A DNA stretch of 64,000 nt, taken from Kiritimatiellia bacterium. GTDB lineage: Bacteria > Verrucomicrobiota > Kiritimatiellia > RFP12 > UBA1067. Position numbers and translations under genes: made by a program. Position 1 is the stretch's first letter, and each line of letters opens with the position of its first letter. Positions 49,418 to 59,182 of the stretch are shown here, one piece after another. The stretch is from positions 256,001 to 320,000 of the forward strand of contig JBMNFY010000017.1 of NCBI GenBank assembly GCA_050949565.1, given 5' to 3'. The notes beneath the pieces are model-generated. The model did not search any database, had not been told where the DNA came from, and saw only the letters and a program-made list of their open reading frames with translations.

Positions 49418-51151
49418 ATGGTAGGTGCATGGTTGTTGGCTGCGGCAATTTCGCTGAATGGCAGTTGGGAATTCCGTTTCGAGGAGGGCAAGCCTTGCGC
49501 GGAAGCGGATCCCGCGTTCGAGGCGACGGATGTCATACAGGTTCCCGGATGTTTTGACGCGATGCCAAAATGGTTCATGAAAAGAGGCACCGGCCTTTAT
49601 CGTCGGCGTTTCACATTGGAACGTCCGACGCAAAACGCGTGGCTGACAATCGACGGGATGGGACTTTACGGCAGGTTTTGGGTCGATGGCCGCGAGATCG
49701 GCACGAATGATTTGCCGTGGAGCCGCGTGAAGTTGCCCATGGGTGCCTTGTCGGCAGGAGAGCATACGGTCGTCGCGGCGATTGACAACCGCTTCGACTG
49801 GAACTATCAGAAGCTGGTGCGGACGTATTACGATTTCCATTGCTGGGGCGGATTCTTCCATGGCGTGTCAGTCGAACTCGACAACCGGACGTTGCACGTA
49901 CGAACACGCGACTATCGAACGGGAGAAATCGAGCTTGAGGCAGTGGGCTTCGCCTCCGATGCCTTCGAGGCAGAACTCCTCTTCGACGGCCAACACACAA
50001 TGTCGGCGGAGTTTCGCGAGGCCAAAACGGTTGTCCGCGTTCCGAACTTCAAACTCTGGTCGCCGGATCATCCCAATCTCCATACGGTTGCGATCAGGTC
50101 CACACACGACCAGACGGCGCCGACGTGCGCCGTGCGGTTCGGCATCCGGACGATCGAAGCGCGCAACCGAGGTATTTACCTGAATGGTGAACGTATCTTC
50201 CTCAAGGGCGTAAACCGTCATGAGCAGCAACTGCAACTGGGCGCATCGACACCCGAGGGATTCATGTTGGCGGACATCCAGAACCTAAAGGCGATGGGCG
50301 GGAACTTCATCCGCGGCGCACACTATCCGCAGTCGCAACGGTTTCTTGAGTTGTGCGACGAATGTGGTGTGATGGTCTGGGAAGAATCGCTCGGATGGGG
50401 CAATGGTCAACGGTACACCATGCAAAACGGGATCAATGAACTGGAGGACGCGAAATTCATTGAGCTTCAGCTTCGTCAGACGAAGCTCATGGTCAGGAAC
50501 AGCTTTAATCACCCTTCGGTGATCATCTTTGCATTCCTGAATGAACAGAACTCGGCGCTGCCGTCGGCCAAGGCGTTGACCGACAGGTTGATCGCGACGA
50601 TCCGCGAAGAGGATTCAGGCCGACTCATCACCTTCGCCTGCAACATCACCGAGAAGGACATCTGTCACGAGAACACCGATATTATCGCGTTCAATACCTA
50701 TCCGGGAACGATCAACGGCTACCCAGGGGAGGCGGCCGAGCTTCGTGAGAAAATATTCAACATGAAGGGCTACGGCATCAACTGGGTCACAGCGCACTTC
50801 CGCCAAAAGTATCCCGACAAGACGATTATGATCTCGGAGATCGGTGTTGCCGGCGATTACGGCTCGTTTGATCCTTCAGCCCCGATCCGCAGCGAGGACT
50901 TTCAGGTCGAACACAACCGACTGGTCGCAGAGGCCGTGTATGGGAACGCCGATATCGCCGGACTTTGTTACTGGCAGTTCTTCGATACGCGCACCAGTGG
51001 GCGTGACTGCCTTGGCAGCGGAAAAAAACCGAATGCCATGAGCCGTGCCGGACTCTTCAACTGGTACCGTCAGCCCAAGCGTACGGTCGGCATGATTTCC
51101 GAGTGGTTCAGGAATGCCGTCCCTGAAAATCTGAAAACGCCATCGAAATAA
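49418..51151 (+). CDS. Glycoside hydrolase family 2 (beta-glucuronidase/galactosidase-like)
   Basis: LWSPDHPNL, FGIR, LKGVNRHE, IRGAHYPQ, NHPSVI...NE and ISEIG motifs. Confidence 0.92.
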   Translation: MVGAWLLAAAISLNGSWEFRFEEGKPCAEADPAFEATDVIQVPGCFDAMPKWFMKRGTGLYRRRFTLERPTQNAWLTIDGMGLYGRFWVDGREIGTNDLPWSRVKLPMGALSAGEHTVVAAIDNRFDWNYQKLVRTYYDFHCWGGFFHGVSVELDNRTLHVRTRDYRTGEIELEAVGFASDAFEAELLFDGQHTMSAEFREAKTVVRVPNFKLWSPDHPNLHTVAIRSTHDQTAPTCAVRFGIRTIEARNRGIYLNGERIFLKGVNRHEQQLQLGASTPEGFMLADIQNLKAMGGNFIRGAHYPQSQRFLELCDECGVMVWEESLGWGNGQRYTMQNGINELEDAKFIELQLRQTKLMVRNSFNHPSVIIFAFLNEQNSALPSAKALTDRLIATIREEDSGRLITFACNITEKDICHENTDIIAFNTYPGTINGYPGEAAELREKIFNMKGYGINWVTAHFRQKYPDKTIMISEIGVAGDYGSFDPSAPIRSEDFQVEHNRLVAEAVYGNADIAGLCYWQFFDTRTSGRDCLGSGKKPNAMSRAGLFNWYRQPKRTVGMISEWFRNAVPENLKTPSK

Positions 51152-51176
51152 GATAGCGAACGTCACACGCTGAGGA

Positions 51177-54100
51177 CTATTTCACGTCTGCGCCGAGAGC
51201 ACGCGCCTCCTCGACAAAGTCGGTTTCCAACTTCACGTTATCGATGTAGTACACGCCCTTGCAATTCGCGACGCTGATGAATCCGAGCCAGGTGACGCTG
51301 CGTGTCTCGGGATTGACGAATTTCAAGCCTGAAAAATGTTTGGGTTCCGCGCCCGGAGTCGTCACCGTGAGCTGCCAAGTGCCGTCGGTCTTAGAGCCGA
51401 AGCCCGCGCTGATCTCGATATGCGTCCAGACGCCCAGCGGCAGGGGTAATGGCGGCTGGTCGGCGAAGGTCAGTTGCCCGTTGCGGAACAGCAATTTCGG
51501 CCCGATGTAGTAGTGCGGCTTGCCCGGCTGTTGACGCCATTCCAAGCTCAGCTCCGCCCCCTGCTCCATGCGGACGTCGAAGGAAAAAGTCGTAATGCCT
51601 TCACGATGGTTCGGGGCGTACGAGAAATGCGGATTGAAGCCGTGTTCCAGTCCAGGCGCGTCGGTTATCTTCAGCGAGCGCTTGCCGGTTGCGGCGGTCT
51701 CTTCGGTCACCTCAATGTTGTCGCCCTTGCCTTCGACTCGAGAATAGGCACGGGAGGGCCGGCTGCCGACATCTGTATGCTCGAAGCCATCATAAAAAGT
51801 CACGGGCGGAGGGGGCGGCAGCCCCTGCCACGGTGGCGGCGCGGTAAACGCACGGGCCTTGGCAATCCAGGCGGGGTCGCCGTAGACCCCGGCCCGCGAG
51901 GTGTCGAACGGCACAAAGCCGAGGGCCAGCGCGGGAGAATCCGCCTGCAGACGGAAGTCGTTGTTGTCAAAGTCAACGAACTTGGGATCGGCGATGACCG
52001 ATCCGGCGTCGCGGCCCATTTTTTGCCACTCTTCAAACGAGTGCCCGATAAAACGGATGGGCTCGCCGGACGGCTCCCAGTAGATATTGTTCTGCAGCTT
52101 GAGCCGGTCCCCAAACTCGGGAGAGTGAAGAACGCGCCCGTCACACCCGCAGATGATGTTCTTCTCGATCGTGACCGAATGGTGCGTCTCTCCCTTGAAG
52201 TGCATGCAGAATGTCACGGGGCCGCTGGGAGTCCCCTTGTCGCGGGGTCTGGAGACGAAGATATTGTTGCGCACGATGTTGTCCTTGCCGCTACCTATCT
52301 TGTAGCCGCCGTCGCGCACGTTGTAAACCAGATTGCTCTCGATGCGCATGTAGGAAACACTGTTGTCAGTGAACACGCCGTGCATGCCGGCATTTCCGTC
52401 ACCGGCGAAATCATGGAAGACGTTGCCGCACACTACCGTGCCGGGCGCCTCGCCAAGCGCGTAGACGCCGCCCATATCAGCCAGCACATCCCATCCCAAA
52501 TGGTGAATCCGGTTATACGAGATCGTGTTGCGTTTTGACGGGACATCACCGTAGCCCCAATGCCAGCCGACAGAAATACCGGAATAAGGCATCCCCGCGA
52601 TATCGTTGTGCGTGATCTGGTTGTCGCCGCTGTGCCCGACAAGGATGCCCACAGCGTCCGGCCACACGCGCCCGGCATAGCGGATGATGTTGTTGTCGAT
52701 GCGGCAGTGGCTAGTCAGTTGTCCGGCATCGCTCGGCCTATGCGCAGTCGGCCCCAAACGCACGCCGCCAGCACCGAGATCCTCCAGCAGGCAACGCTCC
52801 ACGACACAGTCGCGGCATCCATCCCGGAACCAGATCCCGTAGGTGCCGGTCCGCCGGATCGAGCAGTCGGCGAAGACAATGTTGCGCGCGTAATCCGCCA
52901 TCACGACGGCGTCGACGCGAGCGGCGGCCTGCCCCGGCCACATGCCTTCCTGCGGCATGAGATAGGCGGCGTACTCAAAGGTCAGTCCTTGGAACAGGAT
53001 GTTTTCAACCCGCGCACCCCCTGCCTTGCCGGCGAGGCGGAGAAGGGTTTCCGGCACCGGCGCCACGACCTCCGCCTTGGCCATGTCCTCGCCGGGGCGC
53101 GGCATGTAGAAGAGTGTGCCGTCGCGATCAAGGAACCACTCGCCCGGCGCGTCCAGCGCTTCGCGGAAGTTACTCAGATAGTAACGCTCCCGATGCGTGT
53201 AGCGTCCGAACCCCGACTTGTAGCTGCCTGTCAGCAGAACCAGACAGTGCTCTGGATCTATGCTCACAACACGGTGCCGCGAAACATCCCAGGAGTGGTA
53301 CGCCGAGACCACGACATCGCGCAATCGTTCCGGCGGCAGCTTTAACAGCGGCGCGATGTCTTTGGAATGCGCTAAAAACGCGCGGTCGCCGATCGGCCCG
53401 GATTCTCCCGTCTTGGGGTCGATGCCGGTCTTCACGGTACTTTCGATGTAGGCGTAGTGCCCGTTCGGCGTGCGGGCCGGCACAGCGAGACAGCCGTTGA
53501 CGTAGAGCTGCTCGATGCGCCACTTGCCGTCGCGGACGTCCGGCACCGTCGTCTTCCAGACGCCGTCCCCGCAAGGCTCGAACCCAGTGATGCGCCGTCC
53601 GCCGCTAATCACCGGCGTTGCACCGGACGCAGCCGCGTAAGTGATGCGACCGCCGACACGTCCCGAATCCTCCGGCGAAAATTCGACAGGCTCCACAATG
53701 GAATACACGCCGTTGCGGAGAAGGACGAGGATGTCGCGGTCCGGCTCCGCCTGACGCAGCGCACGCACGGCATCACGCGCCCGCGCCAACGTGGCGAACG
53801 GACGCTCCTTGGTGCCGGGATCGGAATCCTTGCCGTTCGGCGCAACCCAGAAGTCGGCTTGCGCCTCACAGAACAACGTCACGCTGGACTTTCCACAGAT
53901 GATCGCATTGTTGGCGACCCGGCTGGTCTTCTGGATGGACTGCAATCCCTTGTTGTTGGTGTGCGGCACAAAATAAGAGCAGGAGGACGAGACATCAAGC
54001 CGCAACACATCGCCGGGGCTGATCCGAAAGGCGTGATCTGAAAAACAGAAATCCACCGCCTTCTCCGTGCCCGGCACATAGTCCGGCGTAGCGTAGCACA

Positions 54101-55553
54101 GCGACGTGATGTCGTCACGAAGCGGATAGGCCACGCCGTCCTTGACCAAACTCAGGCGCACATAGAAACAGGTGTCCTCGCAGTCGGACGTGCAGACGAG
54201 CCGGGCGGTCATGCGTCCGCGCACATCTAACTCCTGTGTGAACGGCTTCGAAAGGAAACTGATAACGTCAGGCCGGAAATTCGGCGGATCCTGCACGGGC
54301 ATGCCCCCGAAGTTCAGACAGAGCCCGCCCTTAAAGGGAACGGGATTCTTGGGGTCGTAGACATAGGAGATGGCGGCAGGCGTCCCCGGCTGCGCATCCA
54401 GTGTTCTGTTGTTCAGATAGAACGTGTGCGGAACGGGGCCGTTGACCAGTTTATCCGTGTGGTGCCAGGCATTTTCATAAAGCGCATAATAACTGGTTTT
54501 CCCTGGCTGGATGAAAGTGAGCGGCGTCCCTTTCCGGATATGATCAAACCACTGGATGGTGCTGTTTGGACAAACCATAGCCAGCAATCCTTCGGGAAAC
54601 TCGACCGGCATGCTGTCCTTCTTGCTGTACTTCACCAGATTGTTGCCGCCGTGGTCGTACGCGCCGACGACCAACGCGCACCGGGCGCGTTGCGCCGCAG
54701 GCATTCTGGCCCACATGTCGAAAATGCCGCCGGTGTAGATGTCGTACATACCGGTTGTCAGCAAAATGGGGAAGGAGGCTTTGGTGACCGCCTCGTAGGA
54801 GTCGTAGCCGCCCTCGACGGTCTTCCAGAACGGATCATCTTCGCGGGGATGCGCGAACACCGAGTCGAGCCACGGCACCGCCTCGCCGAAGTAACGCTTG
54901 GAAAAATCGCAGAGCGGCAAGTCGCAGAATGACACGGAGCGGTCGCGTTGCAACTGCGTGTTCTTTTTCTTGTAGCCGCCGATGAACCAGTTGCCATGCA
55001 GCCCGATCTTAAAAAAACCGTTCCGATAGACGATGTTGTACCGGTTGCAATCCTGAACCGCCAAGACAGCACCTTTGATATCCGGCGGGTTGGTGTCGAT
55101 ATACAGGAAGTGAACGCTGGACAAATAGCTTCCGCCGTTCAAAAAAATCTCGCCGTTGTAAAAGGGCAGCTTCCGTATCCATTCCAGAAACGCCAGCCCA
55201 TCCGCGCGTTCCGTAACATAAGGGATCCAGTCGCCCCCGCTGCGTCCGCACCCCCGGCAATGCTGCGTGATCCAGACATAGCTGTCCGGTGTCCACTTCT
55301 GGCCGGCGAACGTCTCGGGCTTGACCCGCTCGTCTTTGACATACGGGTTGCGCTGGATGACAATCGGGCACTTCATGCCGTCAGGCGGCACGGCACCATA
55401 CGTGTACAGCTTCACGCCATCCGGCATGGATACCATCTCTTCGAAATAACGGGCCTTGGCGCCATTAGGACAAACCGCCTCAATCACCTGCACATCCGCA
55501 CGAAGCAACGGAACCATCGCCAGCAGGCTAACCCCGATCAATAATTTACGCAT
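51177..55553 (-). CDS. Secreted fusion protein: CocE/NonD hydrolase + right-handed beta-helix (GH141-like) + C-terminal beta-sandwich
   Basis: MPDGVKL, RNPY, RGCGRSGG, GGSY and YDPKNPVP, followed by FWVAPNGKDSDPGT, LDAPGEWFLD, PYSGISVGW and DMGGVY. Confidence 0.85.
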   Translation of the reverse strand: MRKLLIGVSLLAMVPLLRADVQVIEAVCPNGAKARYFEEMVSMPDGVKLYTYGAVPPDGMKCPIVIQRNPYVKDERVKPETFAGQKWTPDSYVWITQHCRGCGRSGGDWIPYVTERADGLAFLEWIRKLPFYNGEIFLNGGSYLSSVHFLYIDTNPPDIKGAVLAVQDCNRYNIVYRNGFFKIGLHGNWFIGGYKKKNTQLQRDRSVSFCDLPLCDFSKRYFGEAVPWLDSVFAHPREDDPFWKTVEGGYDSYEAVTKASFPILLTTGMYDIYTGGIFDMWARMPAAQRARCALVVGAYDHGGNNLVKYSKKDSMPVEFPEGLLAMVCPNSTIQWFDHIRKGTPLTFIQPGKTSYYALYENAWHHTDKLVNGPVPHTFYLNNRTLDAQPGTPAAISYVYDPKNPVPFKGGLCLNFGGMPVQDPPNFRPDVISFLSKPFTQELDVRGRMTARLVCTSDCEDTCFYVRLSLVKDGVAYPLRDDITSLCYATPDYVPGTEKAVDFCFSDHAFRISPGDVLRLDVSSSCSYFVPHTNNKGLQSIQKTSRVANNAIICGKSSVTLFCEAQADFWVAPNGKDSDPGTKERPFATLARARDAVRALRQAEPDRDILVLLRNGVYSIVEPVEFSPEDSGRVGGRITYAAASGATPVISGGRRITGFEPCGDGVWKTTVPDVRDGKWRIEQLYVNGCLAVPARTPNGHYAYIESTVKTGIDPKTGESGPIGDRAFLAHSKDIAPLLKLPPERLRDVVVSAYHSWDVSRHRVVSIDPEHCLVLLTGSYKSGFGRYTHRERYYLSNFREALDAPGEWFLDRDGTLFYMPRPGEDMAKAEVVAPVPETLLRLAGKAGGARVENILFQGLTFEYAAYLMPQEGMWPGQAAARVDAVVMADYARNIVFADCSIRRTGTYGIWFRDGCRDCVVERCLLEDLGAGGVRLGPTAHRPSDAGQLTSHCRIDNNIIRYAGRVWPDAVGILVGHSGDNQITHNDIAGMPYSGISVGWHWGYGDVPSKRNTISYNRIHHLGWDVLADMGGVYALGEAPGTVVCGNVFHDFAGDGNAGMHGVFTDNSVSYMRIESNLVYNVRDGGYKIGSGKDNIVRNNIFVSRPRDKGTPSGPVTFCMHFKGETHHSVTIEKNIICGCDGRVLHSPEFGDRLKLQNNIYWEPSGEPIRFIGHSFEEWQKMGRDAGSVIADPKFVDFDNNDFRLQADSPALALGFVPFDTSRAGVYGDPAWIAKARAFTAPPPWQGLPPPPPVTFYDGFEHTDVGSRPSRAYSRVEGKGDNIEVTEETAATGKRSLKITDAPGLEHGFNPHFSYAPNHREGITTFSFDVRMEQGAELSLEWRQQPGKPHYYIGPKLLFRNGQLTFADQPPLPLPLGVWTHIEISAGFGSKTDGTWQLTVTTPGAEPKHFSGLKFVNPETRSVTWLGFISVANCKGVYYIDNVKLETDFVEEARALGADVK

Positions 55554-55700
55554 TTTTCCACCATCCTTACCATTAACATTGACAGCGTAAACAATACGCC
55601 GCGCTTGGCGCGGCGTAGGAGTAAGCCGACCACTTCCTGGTTCGCGGCCCGTTCCCTGCCCGGCGTGCGGTTCGAGGGATACGCCTTCATCTCCGCCGAT

Positions 55701-56620
55701 TTACGGACTGATACGGATCAGGTTGGCATCGCCCTCGACGGATTCTTCCGTCTCGTAGAAGCCAGTGATTTTTTCTCCGGTGTGAGTCCCTATCAAATGA
55801 ATCATGTCGTGCTCATCCACGTTGGCCGGATCACGGCCCTTCGTGTAGAGGAACCCGCTGGCGGGGCCCTCATTCAATGAGAAGAGTCGACCGATATAGT
55901 TGTCGCCGAAACCGACAATGTTCGTGACCAAGCCGCGCGAATCGACCTCCAGCCGGATTGGGCGATGGAACATGGCGCCTGGAAACGATGTTTGTGTCAA
56001 GAGGCCCGTCCAGACCCCCATGCAACGTGATTCGTCCTGCACGCGGTGGATGACGCCGCCTGTACGGGGGACACTCAGCACGATATGGTTGCGGTCCGCG
56101 AAGCCGCCGCGCACTTGGACCTTTTCTTCGTCGGTGATGAAGGTGAGATCGACCACGCCCGTCGTCCCAACGGTAAAGTATCCTGAAGGCGCCGGGGGAT
56201 GAAAAACGAGCTTTCGCTGATGATCCCATCCTCCAGAGCGATGAAGTGATTGTGTCCGTGGGACTGGTCGACGATCATCCAAGCACTGCGCATGTCGGCG
56301 GGTGTGAAGGATTGACTGACCCGGTAGAACATCGGCACAGATACCATGGTCGAGGTGTTTGTAGTCACGATATTGTCCAGACCGTGCCAGTTGTTTGACC
56401 AGGGACCGGAGGGGTGAGAAGCCCACTGCACGGTGAACCCATGTACGCCGGGCGCATTAGTCCAGGCCAGCCAGCCGTTGCCGGAGAAGGATACGATGAC
56501 GGGAGGATCTTCGGCGGGGGCCAGCAAAGTTATCGAGCTGACGAGCAATAGAAATGCCGTGGCAGTAATGCCGCCACGGAGTATGCGCGTCCGGCTCCAA
56601 GCAGAGGTATGGATAGACAT
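55701..56620 (-). CDS. Secreted hypothetical protein with an N-terminal 'VPMFYRV' domain; -1 frameshift at a C5 run near 56196
   Basis: RBS AAAGGAG and signal peptide. ORFs 56075..56758 and 55701..56426 join at FFIP/PAPSGYF. Confidence 0.65.
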
Positions 56621-56636
56621 AAGCAACTCCTTTCTA

Positions 56637-56712
56637 CTACTAACCGACACTGGATACAATCCAGTATACAACTCACTTCCACTACTAAATGACACCGGAC
56701 ACAATCCGGCAT
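56637..56712 (-). promoter_or_regulatory. Two tandem ~31-nt repeats, each with a hairpin/palindrome, in a 5' UTR
   Basis: ACTGGA-TACAA-TCCAGT and ACCGGA-CACAA-TCCGGC, each preceded by CTACTA..GAC, with a 45-nt period. Confidence 0.65.
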
Positions 56713-56729
56713 CCCAGCGTTCGGCGGGG

Positions 56730-56758
56730 ATGGTACATGATGCGGACAGAAGTGTCAA
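56730..56758 (-). promoter_or_regulatory. sigma70 promoter
   Basis: TTGACA-N17-TACCAT. Confidence 0.7.
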
Positions 56759-56996
56759 CCTTCAAAAGTAATAATCAGATAGCCGCCCCTTTCGTGTACC
56801 ACAGGCTCACCCAATAAAAACAAAATCCCCGCTCATGCGGGTGATGCCGTTCTCATTAAACGTATCCACCGTGAACCAATAGGGAACCCCCGCCGATTCC
56901 GAAAACACGAAAGCCCGCAACGGCAAAGTACCCAGGCTTCGTACCGCAATCAATGAGCTGAAGGTGCCGCGTGGTTAGAGGATTATCCAGTTCGTT

Positions 56997-57140
56997 ACGG
57001 CGGGACAAGTCAAGAAATCAAGGAGCCACACCACCCAGCAGTCGGTGGATCAGGCCGTCAAAGCCATCTGCGACATCATGCGCCGCGGCAACTGCGCCGG
57101 CGTCATGCAGTACGTGCCCGAGTTGACGTGTGTCCTCTTA
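56997..57140 (+). pseudogene. N-terminal fragment of a Type I R-M methyltransferase (HsdM-like)
   Basis: QQSVDQAVKAICDIMRRGNCAGVMQYVPELT resembles HsdM N-termini. The start is ACG and the similarity ends where the gph stop begins. Confidence 0.6.
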
Positions 57141-57770
57141 CAGCACCCGCTCGGCGAGTTCCGGCATCGCGTCGATCGCGAGGTTCCACGTCTCGTCCTG
57201 CGGCTCGCCAAAGCCAAAGCGGCAGAAACAGCGGCACAGGCCGGCGTGCCGGGCGGCGGCGAGATCGGTGAAGTTATCCCCCACCATCCAGTCGTCAGCA
57301 TCCAACGCCACGCCCATCTGTTCGGCCGCAAACCGCAGCGGCGCCGGGTCGGGCTTGAGTGTCGGCGCGTCGCCGCCGCCTACCACAGCGCCGAAATACT
57401 GCGCAATGTCGAGACCTTCGAGGATCAGGCGCGTGACAGGACCGGGCTTGTTGGTGACGACCCCCATCCGCCAGCCAGCGGCGCGAAACGCCTCCAAGGT
57501 CTCGACGACACCGGGATAGAGGACAGTACGGTCCAGACAGTGCGCAGCGTAATGCACGCGCTGGCGCGCCAGCATCGCATCCCACAGGTCAGGACGCTCG
57601 GGTGACGCCCGCTCAATCAGCAGGCGCACCCCCTCGCCGACGCACGCCACCACCTCCTCGATCGTTCGCGGCGGCAAACCAAAATCTTGGCGAGTAAGGT
57701 TCACCGCGTACGCCAGATCGGCGCGCGAATCGATCAAGGTACCGTCTAGATCAAAAAGCAGCGTTTTCAC
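57138..57770 (-). CDS. gph: HAD phosphatase (phosphoglycolate phosphatase-like)
   Basis: LFDLDGTLIDS, VTNKP, KPDP and VGDNFTD motifs. Confidence 0.85.
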   Translation of the reverse strand: MKTLLFDLDGTLIDSRADLAYAVNLTRQDFGLPPRTIEEVVACVGEGVRLLIERASPERPDLWDAMLARQRVHYAAHCLDRTVLYPGVVETLEAFRAAGWRMGVVTNKPGPVTRLILEGLDIAQYFGAVVGGGDAPTLKPDPAPLRFAAEQMGVALDADDWMVGDNFTDLAAARHAGLCRCFCRFGFGEPQDETWNLAIDAMPELAERVL

Positions 57771-57780
57771 CGACAACCGT

Positions 57781-59067
57781 CTACGCCCAGCCGCGCTGCT
57801 TGACCGCCTCGGCCACCCGATTGACGGCAATCATGTAAGCGGCGTCGCGCATGTACAGTTTCCGGCGCTTGGCCAAGTCATAGACCGCCGCAAAAGCGGA
57901 CGTCATCTTGGTATCAAGCTTGGCGAGCACCTCGTCCTTCTCCCAGTAGTAGTTGGTGTTGCACTGCACCTGCTCGAAATAGCTGCATGTCACGCCACCC
58001 GCGTTGGTCAGGAAGTCCGGCGAAACGAAGATGTCGCGCTGCTTGATGACCTCGTCAGCCTCGGGCGTGGTCGGCCCGTTTGCGCCTTCGACGATGACCT
58101 TCACGCTCTTCGCGATCTTCGTCACCGTCTCGCGGTTGATCTGGTTCTCAAGCGCCGCTGGAATCAGGATATCTACCTCCTGCTCCAGCCAAGCCCCGCC
58201 CGGCAACCGCTCGTAGCCCAGTTCACTCGCGCGGTCCTTGTCGATGCCGCCGAACTTGTCCGTGATGCCGCGCAGTTCTTTGAGGCAGATCCCATCCTTC
58301 TTACGGAAGGTATACGACACCTTGTCCGCCTGATCCCAGCACGAGATCGCAACCACCGTGCCGCCGAGTTCCGTGTAGCGCTGCACGGCATGCTGCGCGA
58401 CATTACCGAAGCCCTGCACGCTCGCCGTGGTTTTCGCCAGATCCATGCCAAGAACCTTCAGCGCCTCGCGCAGCGTGTAGATCACGCCAAAGCCCGTGGC
58501 CTCCGTCCGTCCCAGCGAACCGCCCATCCCCACCGGCTTGCCGGTGATAAAGCCCGGGTAACGACCACCGTGGATCGCTTCGTACTCATCGAGCATCCAG
58601 AGCATGTGCTGACCGTTGGTCATCACGTCCGGTGCCGGCACGTCGCTGACCGGCCCCACGTTGCGCGCAACCTGGCGCACCCAGCCGCGGCAGATCTGTT
58701 CCTGCTCGCGCAGACTCAGGTGGTACGGATCGCAGATCACGCCGCCCTTGCCGCCGCCCAGCGGGATATCGACCACCGAGCACTTCCAGGTCATCCACAT
58801 CGACAGCGCACGCACGGTGTCGACCGTCTCCATCGGATGGAACCGGATGCCGCCCTTCGCAGGACCGCGCGCGTCGTTGTGCTGCACACGAAAGCCTTTG
58901 AACACACGGACCGTGCCGTCGTCCATCCGAACCGGAATCGTAAAATGATACTCGCGCAACGGTTGGCGCAGAAGTTCCCGTACTCCCTCGTCTAATTCGA
59001 GCAATGCCGCCACTTTGTCGAATTGCGCTTGCGCTAACTGAAACGGGTTATATGAACTATTTTCCAT
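57781..59067 (-). CDS. gdhA: Glu/Leu/Phe/Val dehydrogenase (glutamate dehydrogenase)
   Basis: GPAKGGIRFHP, GGGKGG, DVPAPD, GRTEATG, QGFGNV, EGANGPT and NAGGV motifs. Confidence 0.93.
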   Translation of the reverse strand: MENSSYNPFQLAQAQFDKVAALLELDEGVRELLRQPLREYHFTIPVRMDDGTVRVFKGFRVQHNDARGPAKGGIRFHPMETVDTVRALSMWMTWKCSVVDIPLGGGKGGVICDPYHLSLREQEQICRGWVRQVARNVGPVSDVPAPDVMTNGQHMLWMLDEYEAIHGGRYPGFITGKPVGMGGSLGRTEATGFGVIYTLREALKVLGMDLAKTTASVQGFGNVAQHAVQRYTELGGTVVAISCWDQADKVSYTFRKKDGICLKELRGITDKFGGIDKDRASELGYERLPGGAWLEQEVDILIPAALENQINRETVTKIAKSVKVIVEGANGPTTPEADEVIKQRDIFVSPDFLTNAGGVTCSYFEQVQCNTNYYWEKDEVLAKLDTKMTSAFAAVYDLAKRRKLYMRDAAYMIAVNRVAEAVKQRGWA

Positions 59068-59182
59068 TTTTTCTTCAACCTTTCCCATCCTCGCCTGACG
59101 AGGGCGACTGTTTGAAATACGTCGATCGTCGTTTATACTAAAGCGGCTCCCAGCCCGCAATGATAAATTTTAAAAATCGCAC

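Noticed and set aside
56637-56712. Possible mini-CRISPR
   Set aside because: Only two imperfect units with a ~14-nt gap; better explained as a regulatory tandem motif.
57045-57605. 186-aa plus-strand ORF as an intact gene
   Set aside because: Only the first ~30 codons are HsdM-like; the rest is antisense to gph.
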